DNA from: Armatimonadota bacterium
GTDB taxonomy: Bacteria > Armatimonadota > Hebobacteria > Hebobacterales > Hebobacteraceae
NCBI GenBank assembly: GCA_050010895.1
Contig: JBEKKD010000001.1
Span: 1 to 62,674 of the forward strand
Length of the DNA stretch: 62,674 nt
Reading direction: 5' to 3'
The notes under the pieces are model-generated. The model searched no databases. It had not been told where the DNA came from and saw nothing but the letters and a program-made list of their open reading frames with translations. Shown here in pieces: positions 19,625-31,094 of this stretch. A program made the position numbers and the translations under genes. Positions within the stretch are counted from its first letter, which is position 1, and every line of letters starts with the position of its first letter.

Positions 19625-20416
19625 TTAGCTGACGGCTTCTTGCTGGCGCCCGACCCGCCCGTTGCGCATCCGCTCCAGGAAGTCTACCAGATAGCGGACT
19701 TCGGCGTAGTCCGCCAGCTCCGCGTTTACCTGCTCCAGCGCGTGGGACAGGTCGAGGTCCGAGCGATAGATCAGCCGGAAGGCTCTCTGAATCGCCTGCC
19801 GCACCTCCGGCTCGAATCCGGCGCGCCGGAGGCCGACGATGTTCGGCCCGATCACCCGCGCCGGCTTGCCGTCCACCAGGCTGAACGGCGGCACGTCCTG
19901 GCTGAGCTTGGAGTAGCCGCTGACCATGGACATCTTGCCCACACGCACGAACTGGTGGGATCCGACCATCCCCCCGATAATGACGCGGTCTTCCAGGATG
20001 GTATGTCCGCTCATGCCCGAGAGCGTGGCGATCATCACGTGGTTCCCGACCTGGCAGTTGTGGGCGAGGTGGATGACGGCCATCAGCATGCAGTCATTAC
20101 CGACGCTGGTGACGTTCCCTTCGCCGCTGGCGCGATGAACGGTGACCTGCTCCCGGATGATATTGCGGTCACCGATGACGACGCGCGTCTCCTCGCCGCG
20201 ATAGTGCAGGTCCTGAGGCGGCGCCCCGAGCGCGGCCCCGAAGTGAACCTGACAGTCCTCGCCGATAGTCGTGTACTCCAGCATCACGTGAGCATCAATC
20301 ACCGTGCGCGAACCGATGATGCAGCGGTTCCTGATGATCGAATAGGGGCCGACCTGGACGTCGCCGGCCAGCTCGCAATCGCGGTCGATGATCGCGGTCG
20401 GGTGGATCAGCGCCAC
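19625..20416 (-). CDS. lpxA: acyl-ACP--UDP-N-acetylglucosamine O-acyltransferase
   Basis: The ORF track gives 19625..20515. The start is placed at GTG (VALIHPTAIID), 1 nt after the fabZ stop. Left-handed beta-helix hexapeptide repeats are followed by an alpha-helical C-terminal domain. Confidence 0.9.
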   Translation of the reverse strand: MALIHPTAIIDRDCELAGDVQVGPYSIIRNRCIIGSRTVIDAHVMLEYTTIGEDCQVHFGAALGAPPQDLHYRGEETRVVIGDRNIIREQVTVHRASGEGNVTSVGNDCMLMAVIHLAHNCQVGNHVMIATLSGMSGHTILEDRVIIGGMVGSHQFVRVGKMSMVSGYSKLSQDVPPFSLVDGKPARVIGPNIVGLRRAGFEPEVRQAIQRAFRLIYRSDLDLSHALEQVNAELADYAEVRYLVDFLERMRNGRVGRQQEAVS

Positions 20417-20417
20417 C

Positions 20418-20888
<471 letters not shown>

Positions 20889-20975
20889 CCGAGTCTCTCC
20901 TCGCGCGAGACAAGTTGGCTTCCATCCATGCCGGCATTGCAGTCGCCGCAGGCGGTGCTCACCCCGCGCCGGCGA

Positions 20976-21824
20976 TCAGGTGGGCTGCGCTCCTGAGGTG
21001 AGCGCTGCGCGCACCGCGCGCGCGAGCTCAGCATTCCCCCGGTGCCCCGGCCTGACGGCTATCACCTGAGCGCGCAGAGCATAGCCGCATAGAGCAAGGT
21101 CGCCGATGAGATCGAGCGCCTTGTGGCGAACTACCTCATCCGGAAAGCGCAGCGGCCCGGAATAGCCGTCCTTGCCCACCGTGAACGCGTTCTCGATGCC
21201 GCCGCCTCTCGCCAGTCCCGACGAGCGCAGCGCTTTCACCTCGTGCTCGAACGCGAATGTGCGTGCCGGCGCCAAATCTGTGGCAAAGCGCCGAGCAACG
21301 GACGGCGTCCAGAGTGTCTGCCTGCCCGCCACCGTCCCCGGAAAATCGACTGCCACACCGACTGACAGCCCTGTTCTCGCCGGCAGGACGACAGCCCAGG
21401 AATCCGCGCCGCCATGCCAGACAGCCGTCTGCAGCGGCCTGGCCGCTCGGGCCATCCCCAGTCGCCGCCGTCCGGCTCGCTGGACCAGAGCAACCCACTC
21501 CATCGCGCTCCCGTCGCACGCTGGCACTTCGGGGCCGTCTGCTTCGACTCTCACATTGTCAATGCCGGCCATGAAGATCGCGGCCATCAGGTGCTCGACG
21601 GCGCCGATGGATGCGCCGCCGTTCCCCAGGGTCGTGGCGCGCTGGGTGTCCACTACGAACTCGACGGTAGCAGGGACCTCGATGCCCGAGCGCAGGACGA
21701 AGACGATGCCCGTATCGGACGCCGCGGGCGCCAGCCTCACGGAGGCGCTCACGCCGGTATGCAGGCCGATCCCATGCTTCGTGACTGGCCGCGCAAGCGT
21801 GGTCTGTTCTGCACTCTTACCCAT
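20976..21824 (-). CDS. lpxC: UDP-3-O-acyl-N-acetylglucosamine deacetylase
   Basis: 282-aa ORF with GIGLHTG near the N-terminus and the EVVRHKALDLIGDLAL motif characteristic of LpxC. Confidence 0.9.
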   Translation of the reverse strand: MGKSAEQTTLARPVTKHGIGLHTGVSASVRLAPAASDTGIVFVLRSGIEVPATVEFVVDTQRATTLGNGGASIGAVEHLMAAIFMAGIDNVRVEADGPEVPACDGSAMEWVALVQRAGRRRLGMARAARPLQTAVWHGGADSWAVVLPARTGLSVGVAVDFPGTVAGRQTLWTPSVARRFATDLAPARTFAFEHEVKALRSSGLARGGGIENAFTVGKDGYSGPLRFPDEVVRHKALDLIGDLALCGYALRAQVIAVRPGHRGNAELARAVRAALTSGAQPT

Positions 21825-22054
21825 AGACGACGCGATCCGGGCCGCGGCCTAGAGGCCAGCATGGGCCGAACGAGCGACTCGGCGGCGATCTGCTGGACTG
21901 GGAATCACGAAGGCATTCTAACACGCCTCCCCTGGGGTGTAAAGAAAACGGGGCGGAAGAGGCTGCCGAACGCGCGGGGAAGGGCAAGGGCAGTCCAGGA
22001 GGGCAGACTGGCCGTGCAGGATTGCCCAGGGCATGGTGGAATGCCTCCATTGCT

Positions 22055-22609
22055 ATGCGTGTCAGCTTTCTGGCCGCCGCCCTACTGGCACTCCTGAGTC
22101 CTACCTTCGCTACGGCAGCGGAAGCCCTCCCCGATGCGCAAGTGGTCCGGATCTCGCTGCGCGGTGGCGACATCCGCGTAGGCGATAGGGTGGGGCTGAC
22201 CGTCGAGGTGAAGAATGCCGGAAATGCGCCCCTGCCCCGCGTCCCCGTCGTGCTGACCGTAGACGGAGCCGCTTACTCGGAGTGGATGCTGCCCAGAGAG
22301 CTTGCGCCGGGCGAGCAGACAACGTGGAGGACGGTCTTCTCCGGTGACAGAGGAATGCACCTCGTCGCCGCCACCGTGGACCCCTTGGACCAAATTCGCG
22401 AGGGCGACAAGACCAACAACGCCGCGTTTATCAACGTCGGAGTGGGCGATCGCAGGCCGCCATTCCCGTGGGCGGGCCTGGTATTCGGGGTCCTGTTCTT
22501 CATCCTCGGAATCGGTGCAGGCGGGCTGCTGCGGCGTCCGGACAGCATCCGCGTCCGGCGCCAGGCCCACACGCCGACCCGCCGGATGCCGGGCAAAGAC
22601 AGGAAGTGA
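22055..22609 (+). CDS. CARDB-domain protein with signal peptide and C-terminal TM anchor
   Basis: The ORF track gives 22022..22609. The start is placed at MRVSFLAAALLALLSPTFATA (signal peptide). The VGLTVEVKNAGNAPLPRVPVVLTVDG pattern is CARDB-like. A hydrophobic C-terminal helix is followed by a basic tail. Confidence 0.6.
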   Translation: MRVSFLAAALLALLSPTFATAAEALPDAQVVRISLRGGDIRVGDRVGLTVEVKNAGNAPLPRVPVVLTVDGAAYSEWMLPRELAPGEQTTWRTVFSGDRGMHLVAATVDPLDQIREGDKTNNAAFINVGVGDRRPPFPWAGLVFGVLFFILGIGAGGLLRRPDSIRVRRQAHTPTRRMPGKDRK

Positions 22610-22653
22610 TGCCCAGTGGCTGCGGAACTGCCCTCTGCGGATCGACCGCGGAA

Positions 22654-23052
22654 TCAGCAGGCGAGGTGCAGGATCGCCACCGCGCGTCGGCGCGGCAGCA
22701 CCTCATTGAAGGTGCGGCAGGCGGTGCGGGTGTCGAAGACCAGCAGCTCTACACCCAGTTCTCGCGTGCGCGAAACCACTTCCGGGGCAATCTGAAGGCA
22801 TTCGTGACTGCCGCTGCCGATGATCAGCACCTCCGGAAGGCTGGCAAGAGCTTCATCCAGGTCGTCAAGCTGGAGGAGGTGGTGCTCCCTGCGCCACCAC
22901 CGAGCAGGGGGCCGATCAGCGAAGACTACGATGTCCTCAGTGTACTCTCTGCCGCCTATCTCGACCGACCCGAACCGATAGGCTTGGATTCGGGTGGGCC
23001 CGGCGTCCGCCAATGCGACGCCAGCGCCGCCCGCCCTGCCGCTCTCAGCCAT
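22654..23052 (-). CDS. Mth938-like (DUF498/NDUFAF3-like) domain protein
   Basis: The ORF track gives 22654..23109, and the likely start is MAESGRAGG. The pattern IQAYRFGSVEIGGREYTEDIVVF...LDDL...EVLIIGSG is typical of the Mth938 family. Confidence 0.65.
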   Translation of the reverse strand: MAESGRAGGAGVALADAGPTRIQAYRFGSVEIGGREYTEDIVVFADRPPARWWRREHHLLQLDDLDEALASLPEVLIIGSGSHECLQIAPEVVSRTRELGVELLVFDTRTACRTFNEVLPRRRAVAILHLAC

Positions 23053-23201
23053 GATGTGCCTCCAGGTATCCCGTACCCCTTGCCCTGAGCAGCACACGAA
23101 ACACTCCAACTGTACAGCCCCAGACTCAGACGTGTTGTGAAATGTTTACCCAGGAAGCGCCACGCCTGTGTCGAATAGACGACAAGGAAACTCACAAGGA
23201 G

Positions 23202-23528
23202 ATGTCAATGTCGAGGGCAGAGACCATTCTCTTCGGCCTCGTGAAGCGATTCTGCGCGCAGGAAGCAGCTGGCGTCAGTGCAACCTACCAACTGAACCTC
23301 ACTGGCGACGAGGGCGGCAACTGGTATCTGTCGGTGTCGGATGAGAAATGCTCAGTCGGCACCGGCACTTCGGCTCACTCCGACGTCACCATCACGATGA
23401 CCGCCGATGACTGGGTGGACCTGCTGTCGGGCAAGCTCGACGGATATACGGCTTTCCTGCAAGGCCGGGTGGATGTTCAGGGGGATCTCTCCCTCGCCTT
23501 GCGGCTCCAGAGCATGTTCGGGTTCTGA
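23202..23528 (+). CDS. SCP2 sterol-binding-domain protein
   Basis: The ORF track gives 23142..23528, and the likely start is MSMSRAE, preceded by AAGGAG. The pattern ATYQLNLTGDEGGNWYL...ADDWVDLLSGKLDGYTAFLQGRVDVQGDLSLALRLQSMF is a typical SCP2 fold pattern. Confidence 0.7.
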   Translation: MSMSRAETILFGLVKRFCAQEAAGVSATYQLNLTGDEGGNWYLSVSDEKCSVGTGTSAHSDVTITMTADDWVDLLSGKLDGYTAFLQGRVDVQGDLSLALRLQSMFGF

Positions 23529-23586
23529 AAACAGGCGGACCGGAAGCTCGCGCCTCCGATCCGCCGGAGCTTGCCTGCTGCTTTCC

Positions 23587-26074
23587 CTATAGCGCGCCTG
23601 TGGGCGGCTGTGGCACCGGCTGGGCAACCTCCCGCTCCCCTGCGACAGGCTTGACCGGTTTGGCGTCCCGTTTCGGGCGGTCATGGAGAGCGAGGTTCAG
23701 CACATCGTCCATCGTCTCGACGAAGCGGAACTTCAGGTCTCGCTGGACGTGAGCCGGGATCTCATCCAGGTCCCTCTGGTTATCCTTCGGCAGAATCACG
23801 GTCTTCAGCCCCGCCCTGTGCGCCGCAAGCACCTTCTCTTTGATGCCGCCAACTGGCAGCACCTTGCCGCGAAGGGATATCTCTCCGGTCATGGCGATAT
23901 TCCGATGAACCGGCCGGCGAGTGAGCGCCGAGATCAGTGCCGTGGCCATGGTGATCCCGGCGGACGGCCCGTCCTTTGGAATCTGGCCCGCGGGAACATG
24001 AATGTGAACGTCGGTGTTCCGGTAGAAGTCTTCGCTGATGCCCAGGTCAGCGGCACGAGAACGGGCATAGCTGAAGGCCGCTTTCCCCGACTCCTGCATG
24101 ACATCGCCGAGGTGGCCGGTCAGCAGCAGTCCACCTCGACCCTTCATCAAACTGACTTCGATGAACAGGATATCGCCGCCAAACTCGCTGACGCCGAGGC
24201 CGGTTGCGACGCCTGCTTCGTCCTCCTTCTCGGCCACGCCGAACCGGAAGCGGGGCTGACCGAGGTACTTCCGGATGGAGTGGCCCGTGATCCGCGCGGA
24301 CTTGACCTTATCCTGGGCGACGCCCTTCGCGACCTTGCGGCAGATGGACGCGATCTCCCGCTCCAGGTTCCGCACGCCGGCCTCACGGGTGTACTCTCGG
24401 ACCACACTACGCAGGCCGGCCTCAGCGAAGATCAGTTGCTTCGACGTAAGGCCATGGTTCTTGAGCTGCTTCTGAACCAGGAAGAGCTGGGCGATCTTCA
24501 GCTTCTCTTCCTCGATGTATCCCGGGAATTCGATGATCTCCATGCGGTCCCGCAGGGCGGGCGGGATCGGATCATGGAGGTTACCCGTGGTAATGAACAT
24601 CACCTCCGATAGGTCGAGGGGCACCTCCAGGTAGTGATCGCTGAAGGCGTAGTTCTGCTCCGGGTCGAGAACCTCCAGGAGCGCCGACGCCGGGTCGCCC
24701 CGGAAGTCGATTCCTATTTTGTCGACTTCATCCATCATGAATACGGGATTGCGAGTGCCAGCGGTCTTCAGGCCTTGGACGATCCTGCCGGGCAGCGCCC
24801 CGACGTACGTTCGCCGATGGCCGCGGATTTCGCCTTCATCGCGCACGCCGCCCAGCGAAATGCGCACGAACTTGCGCCCGGTTGCACGGGCAATCGACCG
24901 GCCGATGGAGGTCTTGCCGACGCCGGGGGGTCCGATGAAGCAGAGGATGGGTCCTTTGATCTCGGAGGCGAGTTTCCGCACGGCCAGGAACTCGAGCACC
25001 CGCTCCTTGACCTTCTTCAGTCCGTAATGATCCTCGTTGAGGATCCGCTCGGCGGCGATGATGTCGAGCTTCTCCTCGCTGCGAACGCTCCAGGGCATAG
25101 CGATCAGCCAGTCGAGGTAGGTGCGGACCACAACCACCTCGGGCGAGGCCGGAGGCATCCGCTCGAGGCGCTCCACCTCCTTGAGGGCCCGCTCCTCCAC
25201 CTCTTCCGGCATCTTGGCCGCCAGGATGCGGCTGCGAAGCTCCTCTATCTCGCCGGTCCGCTCGTCCCGCTCCCCCAGCTCCTGCTGGATCGCCTTCATC
25301 TTCTCGCGAAGGTAGAACTCTTTCTGAGACTCCTCGAGCTCTTTCTTGACACGGGAGCTGATCTTGCGCTCCACCTCGAGGATCTCTATCTCGCGGTTGA
25401 GTACATTGGCAAGGATCTCGAGTCGCTCGCGCTGATTGGCCGCCTCCAGGATCTGCTGTTTGACCTCGACCGGGATCTGCGTGTAATACCCGATCAGGTC
25501 GCCGAGGCGCCCCGCGTCGGTCATGCGGCGGGCGGTCTCGAGCGCCTCGGTGGGCAGGTTCTTGCCGAGGTTGATGAGACGCTCGAACTGCGCCACGACA
25601 TTCCGGACGAGGGCTTCGGTCTCGATGCCGGGCTCCTGGATCTCCGGTACCGCCTCGATCCGGGCGCGCAGGTAGGGATCGGTATGCGTGTAGCCCTTGA
25701 TCCTGATGCGCTCGAAGCCTTCAATCATGACTCGGATGGTGCCGTCGGGCAGACGAAGGAGCTGCACGACCTCTGCCAAGGTGCCGACCTGGTACACGTC
25801 ATCGGGCCCGGGATCGTCGACATCCACGTTCTGCTGGGCGACGAGAGCGATGCGGTGGTCCTCACGCATCGCCGCCTCCAGCGCCTCAACCGATCGCGGC
25901 CTGCCCACGAAGAGCGGCACGACCAGATACGGATATATGACAGCGCCCCTGGTGGGCAGAATCGGCGCCTCATCGGGCACCGCGCGCACCTTCTCACCCT
26001 CTTCGGGCTCACTGACCAGGAGCGGTTTCGCCTCGCTCACACCTTCCATTGGACCTCCCTGTTCAGGAGTCGCC

Positions 26075-26082
<8 letters not shown>
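23587..26082 (-). CDS. lon: ATP-dependent Lon protease
   Basis: 831-aa ORF with a Lon N-domain, AAA+ Walker [10 protein letters not shown] and the catalytic-serine motif [19 protein letters not shown]. Confidence 0.97.
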
Positions 26083-27385
<1,303 letters not shown>

Positions 27386-27484
27386 CTTCCTTCCTCTCCG
27401 CCTTCCAACTCATCGGCGGCATCGTGTCAAGCAGATCGGCCCATTCGAGCGCCAGTCCTAGTGCGGCAGCGCCTCTGCGGCCGC

Positions 27485-28090
27485 CTATTCCTTCGGCTTC
27501 GCCTTCTTGGCGGGCATCTCCAGCACCTGATCGACTATGCCATATGTTTTGGCCTCTTCAGCGGCCATCCAGTAATCCCGTTCGGTGTCGCGCTTGATCG
27601 TGTCAACGCTCTGACCGGTGTGATAGGAGAGGATCTCGTTGATGCGATCGCGCGTTCGGAGCAACTCCCGGGTGAAGATCTCGATCTCGGTTACCTGGCC
27701 GTATGCTCCGCTGAGCGGTTGGTGAATGAGCACGCGCGAGTTCGGCAGCGCCGACCGCTTCCCTTTGGTCCCAGCCGCAAGCAGCACGGCCGCCATGCTG
27801 CAGGCCTTCCCAATGCAGTAGGTGCGGATATCGGGCATGACCACCTGCATGGTGTCGTAGATCGCAAGCCCGGCCGGCACTTCGCCGCCGTTGCTGTTTA
27901 TGTAGATGTCGATATCTTTGTTGGTGTCCTCGCTCTGAAGGTAAAAGAGCTGCGCGATGACGAGGCTTGCGACCATGTCGTTGATATCACTGCCGATGAA
28001 GATGATGCGATCCTGCAGCAGCCGCGAGAACAGGTCCCAAGACCTTTCGCCCCGCGGAGTCTGCTCGATAACGTTCGGGATGTACAGCAT
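27485..28090 (-). CDS. clpP: ATP-dependent Clp protease proteolytic subunit
   Basis: 201-aa ORF with a ClpP N-terminus ([22 protein letters not shown]), the catalytic Ser context [11 protein letters not shown] and the His context RVLIHQP. AGGAGG sits 7 nt upstream of the ATG. Confidence 0.97.
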   Translation of the reverse strand: MLYIPNVIEQTPRGERSWDLFSRLLQDRIIFIGSDINDMVASLVIAQLFYLQSEDTNKDIDIYINSNGGEVPAGLAIYDTMQVVMPDIRTYCIGKACSMAAVLLAAGTKGKRSALPNSRVLIHQPLSGAYGQVTEIEIFTRELLRTRDRINEILSYHTGQSVDTIKRDTERDYWMAAEEAKTYGIVDQVLEMPAKKAKPKE

Positions 28091-28409
28091 CTGATTTCCT
28101 CCTAAGTTTCCCGACTGGACCGCGACATGGAGGCTGGGCTCGTGGAAAGCGGAGCCGCGTCACAGACTCTGGGGGGACAGGAGAAGCATACCCGAAAAGC
28201 CCGGCAGTCTCACAGTCGCCGCCAACATCTGACCCCACGCGCGAACAAGCGCCCCCGGTCGCAGCACAGCAATACCGCCCAGCACAGCGAAAGCCCCGCG
28301 TGGTCAACGCGGGTGCGCTGCTGCCAGCCCGCTATTGTTACCATGTCTGGCCCCGTTTTCCCTCTGGAGGGTTCAGGGACGGGCGTCGGCCAGTCCGCAC
28401 ACTGGTGCC

Positions 28410-28437
28410 GGTCCTGCTGAGGAAGGTCAGCAGGACC
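28410..28437. other. perfect 11-bp stem-loop in the clpP / oxidoreductase divergent intergenic region
   Basis: ggtcctgctga - ggaagg - tcagcaggacc. There is no flanking U-run on either strand. Confidence 0.6.
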
Positions 28438-28539
28438 ATGTGACCGAAACCGCTGGTCTGTGCCGGCGCCGGAGGTCGGACGCTCCTGCTGAGAGCGGCG
28501 ATTCGGGGAGATCACGACCGGGCTGGCTGGAGGAGTTCC

Positions 28540-29505
28540 ATGCTGAAGATCGTGTTGCTGGGTGCGGGGTCGCAATCTGAGCACGTCCATGGGCCATCTC
28601 TGGCCCTCTACGCACGAGAGCATCCCGGCGAGATCGAGTTGGCCGCGGTCTGCGACCTGCGCGAGGAGAGGGCCAGGCTCTTCTGCGACAGATTCGGCTT
28701 CGCCCGCGCGTATACCGATCTCGAGCGGATGCTCGACACGGAGCGCCCCGATGCCTGCTGGGTGATCTCGCCGATCGACCTGACGCGGGACCTCGCCGGG
28801 CGGGTGATGCAGCGGGCTATCCCCACGTTCTTTGAGAAGCCCCCGGGGAAGAACCCGCAGGAGGCGCGCGAACTCGCCGATATTTCCGAACGCGCCGGGA
28901 CGCCCAACATGGTCGCGTTCAACCGCCGCTGGGCGCCGTGCACCCGGAAGGCGCTAGCGTGGGCGAAGGAGCACGGCCCGTTCGAGTATCTGTATGCGCG
29001 CATGCTCCGGACGGGACGCGCCGAACAGAGCTTCGCGATCGGAACGGGCATCCACCTGTTGGACTGCGTGCGGGCGCTGGCGGAGGCAACGATGGGGGGG
29101 ATCCGTGGGGCCCGCGCCGCTCGGACCGAGCCGGCCGCGGGCGTGTTCAACTTCCACGTTGACCTCGATTTCGGCTCGGGCGCCCGCGGCAGGTGCGACA
29201 TTCTGCCGACGTGCGGGATCACTGAAGAGAGCTACACGCTGTTCGGGCGCGATCGGTCGATCCTGTCGTCACTGCCGTGGATCTCCGTGGACGGTAGGGC
29301 CGAACTGAACATCGACGGAAAGGTTGTGGAATCGGAGGCTTGGCCGGCCCAGCCGTCGAACGTGAGCAGCGGGTTCTACGGCGAGACAATCGAGTTCATC
29401 TCCGCGTTGAGGGAGGGCCGGCGCCCGTCGCCATCGCCTCAGGAATCCGTCGATTCGGTGGTGCTGGCGGAGGCGGTGCAGGAGGGGAAGTCGGTCAGCT
29501 TCTGA
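28540..29505 (+). CDS. Gfo/Idh/MocA-family NAD(P)-dependent oxidoreductase
   Basis: 321-aa ORF with an N-terminal Rossmann pattern (MLKIVLLGAGSQSEHVH) and an EKP motif (FFEKPPG). Confidence 0.75.
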   Translation: MLKIVLLGAGSQSEHVHGPSLALYAREHPGEIELAAVCDLREERARLFCDRFGFARAYTDLERMLDTERPDACWVISPIDLTRDLAGRVMQRAIPTFFEKPPGKNPQEARELADISERAGTPNMVAFNRRWAPCTRKALAWAKEHGPFEYLYARMLRTGRAEQSFAIGTGIHLLDCVRALAEATMGGIRGARAARTEPAAGVFNFHVDLDFGSGARGRCDILPTCGITEESYTLFGRDRSILSSLPWISVDGRAELNIDGKVVESEAWPAQPSNVSSGFYGETIEFISALREGRRPSPSPQESVDSVVLAEAVQEGKSVSF

Positions 29506-29596
29506 GCAATCCGGGCCGGACATGGGCAGGTGTCGGCGTTCGGTCGTGGTAGCATGCCCGTGGACTCGGGCGTCACGCCCGCGAAAGGGGGAAGTG

Positions 29597-31084
29597 ATGA
29601 GGCGTTCTGCGGCGGCGGTTGTCGCGGCTGTGCTCTGCATGCTGGTCTCGGCTGGAATCGCGTGGGGGGAGAACCCGGCGCGGTCCCCGGCCTCCCTCGT
29701 GCCTGCGGGCCCGGGCTACTACGTTGAAGTGAACCTCGACGGCATCTTGGGGAAGACCCCTGATACTGCAGCGTTCGGCCAGGCCTTCGCCAATCTCCAG
29801 AGCATCAAGGTAATCAGAGGGCTGGTGGCGCAGAACGCCGACGCCCAGAAGGGCTTCGACGAAACGCTGCTGGTGCTGAACGGCGTCACCGAAGCTCTGG
29901 GGCCCCGGATCGCGGTCGCGGTCTGGCTGCCGGACATGGCTTCGGTCCTGAAAGGCGCGCCGGGCATGTTCGGGGCCAGCGCGGTGACCGCGGTGGCCCC
30001 GAACGGCGACGACTCGGATTCTGATGAGGCCAGCGGCGATTCCCTGGCGATGACTCCGAAAGTGTTAGTAGTGGCCGATGTGCGTGACGGCGCCAAGCTG
30101 GACGCGCTGCTGGCGCAGGAGCTGCCGAAGGCCACGGGCCTCTCAGCCGAGGCCGGGCCGCCTTACGCTGATGCCAAAGTCACGCTGTTCGCTGACGGCA
30201 AGGCGGCGCTGGCGCAGGGAAGCGACTGGCTTGCCTTTGGTTTCCCTGCCGATCTGATGAAAGCGGCAGCGGACCGCGCGGCGGGGAAGGCCACCGATGG
30301 CTCCCTCGCGTCCGACCCGAAGTACCAGCAGGCGATGGCGGGGCTGCCCGAAGGCGGGCTGATGCACGGCTATCTGAGCGGCGCTCTGCTCAAGCAGTTG
30401 CAGGCCGCGGTGACGCTGATGTCGCCATCGACGACGTTCCCACCGCCGGCGGAGGCCGGACTGGGCTGGACGTACGGGCTGCGAGTGGACGAAAAGCAGG
30501 GCCGGAGGATGGTCACGTTCTCCTCTACGACCGACCTCGACGCTTGGGTCCAGATCATGGACACGACGATCTCGCTCTACGCCGGGATAGTGAGCGCCGC
30601 ACTTCAGGGCAGCCGCGGTGGCGGCGCCATGGCCGGCTGCCTCTCTCATATGAAGAGCCTGTCGATGGCAGCCCAGATGTTCGCAACCGACTACGATCGC
30701 TTCCCCGACGCGAAGACGTGGGTGGACGATCTCCAGGAATACGTCGGCGACGAGTCCGTCTACAAGTGCCCTCAGGACAAGTCAGGGGCGCGATCGAGCT
30801 ACGGCATGAACGCCGCCATGAGCAAGATGCCGGTAACGAAGATCAAGAACCCCGTCGCCACAGTGGTCTTCTACGAAACGGCTCATCCCGGCGATTGCCC
30901 TTCCGGCGGGGCGAAGGATGTGGTGACGCCTCTCCGGCATCCGGAGGGCAACAGCTACGGGTTCGCTGACGGCCACGCCTCCAGGCTCAAGACGACCCCG
31001 AGCTTCACGGTCGCGACGGCGAAGCAGCAGCCAAAGCCGAAGGCCAAGCCCAAAGCGAAGACAACGCGGCGGAGTAGCGGGTAG
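29597..31084 (+). CDS. secreted protein: unknown N-terminal ~340 aa + C-terminal pilin-like DUF1559/H-X9-DG domain
   Basis: The ORF track gives 29522..31084. The start is placed at MRRSAAAVVAAVLCMLVSAGIAWG (Sec-type signal peptide, purine-rich tract upstream). The C-terminal part CLSHMKSLSMAAQMFATDYDRFPD ... HPEGNSYGFADGHASRLK contains an exact H-X9-DG motif. Confidence 0.6.
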   Translation: MRRSAAAVVAAVLCMLVSAGIAWGENPARSPASLVPAGPGYYVEVNLDGILGKTPDTAAFGQAFANLQSIKVIRGLVAQNADAQKGFDETLLVLNGVTEALGPRIAVAVWLPDMASVLKGAPGMFGASAVTAVAPNGDDSDSDEASGDSLAMTPKVLVVADVRDGAKLDALLAQELPKATGLSAEAGPPYADAKVTLFADGKAALAQGSDWLAFGFPADLMKAAADRAAGKATDGSLASDPKYQQAMAGLPEGGLMHGYLSGALLKQLQAAVTLMSPSTTFPPPAEAGLGWTYGLRVDEKQGRRMVTFSSTTDLDAWVQIMDTTISLYAGIVSAALQGSRGGGAMAGCLSHMKSLSMAAQMFATDYDRFPDAKTWVDDLQEYVGDESVYKCPQDKSGARSSYGMNAAMSKMPVTKIKNPVATVVFYETAHPGDCPSGGAKDVVTPLRHPEGNSYGFADGHASRLKTTPSFTVATAKQQPKPKAKPKAKTTRRSSG

Positions 31085-31094
31085 GAATTGCCTG

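Noticed and set aside
18327-19628. 433-aa plus-strand ORF antisense to lpxB
   Set aside because: It is a shadow ORF opposite a clear LpxB.
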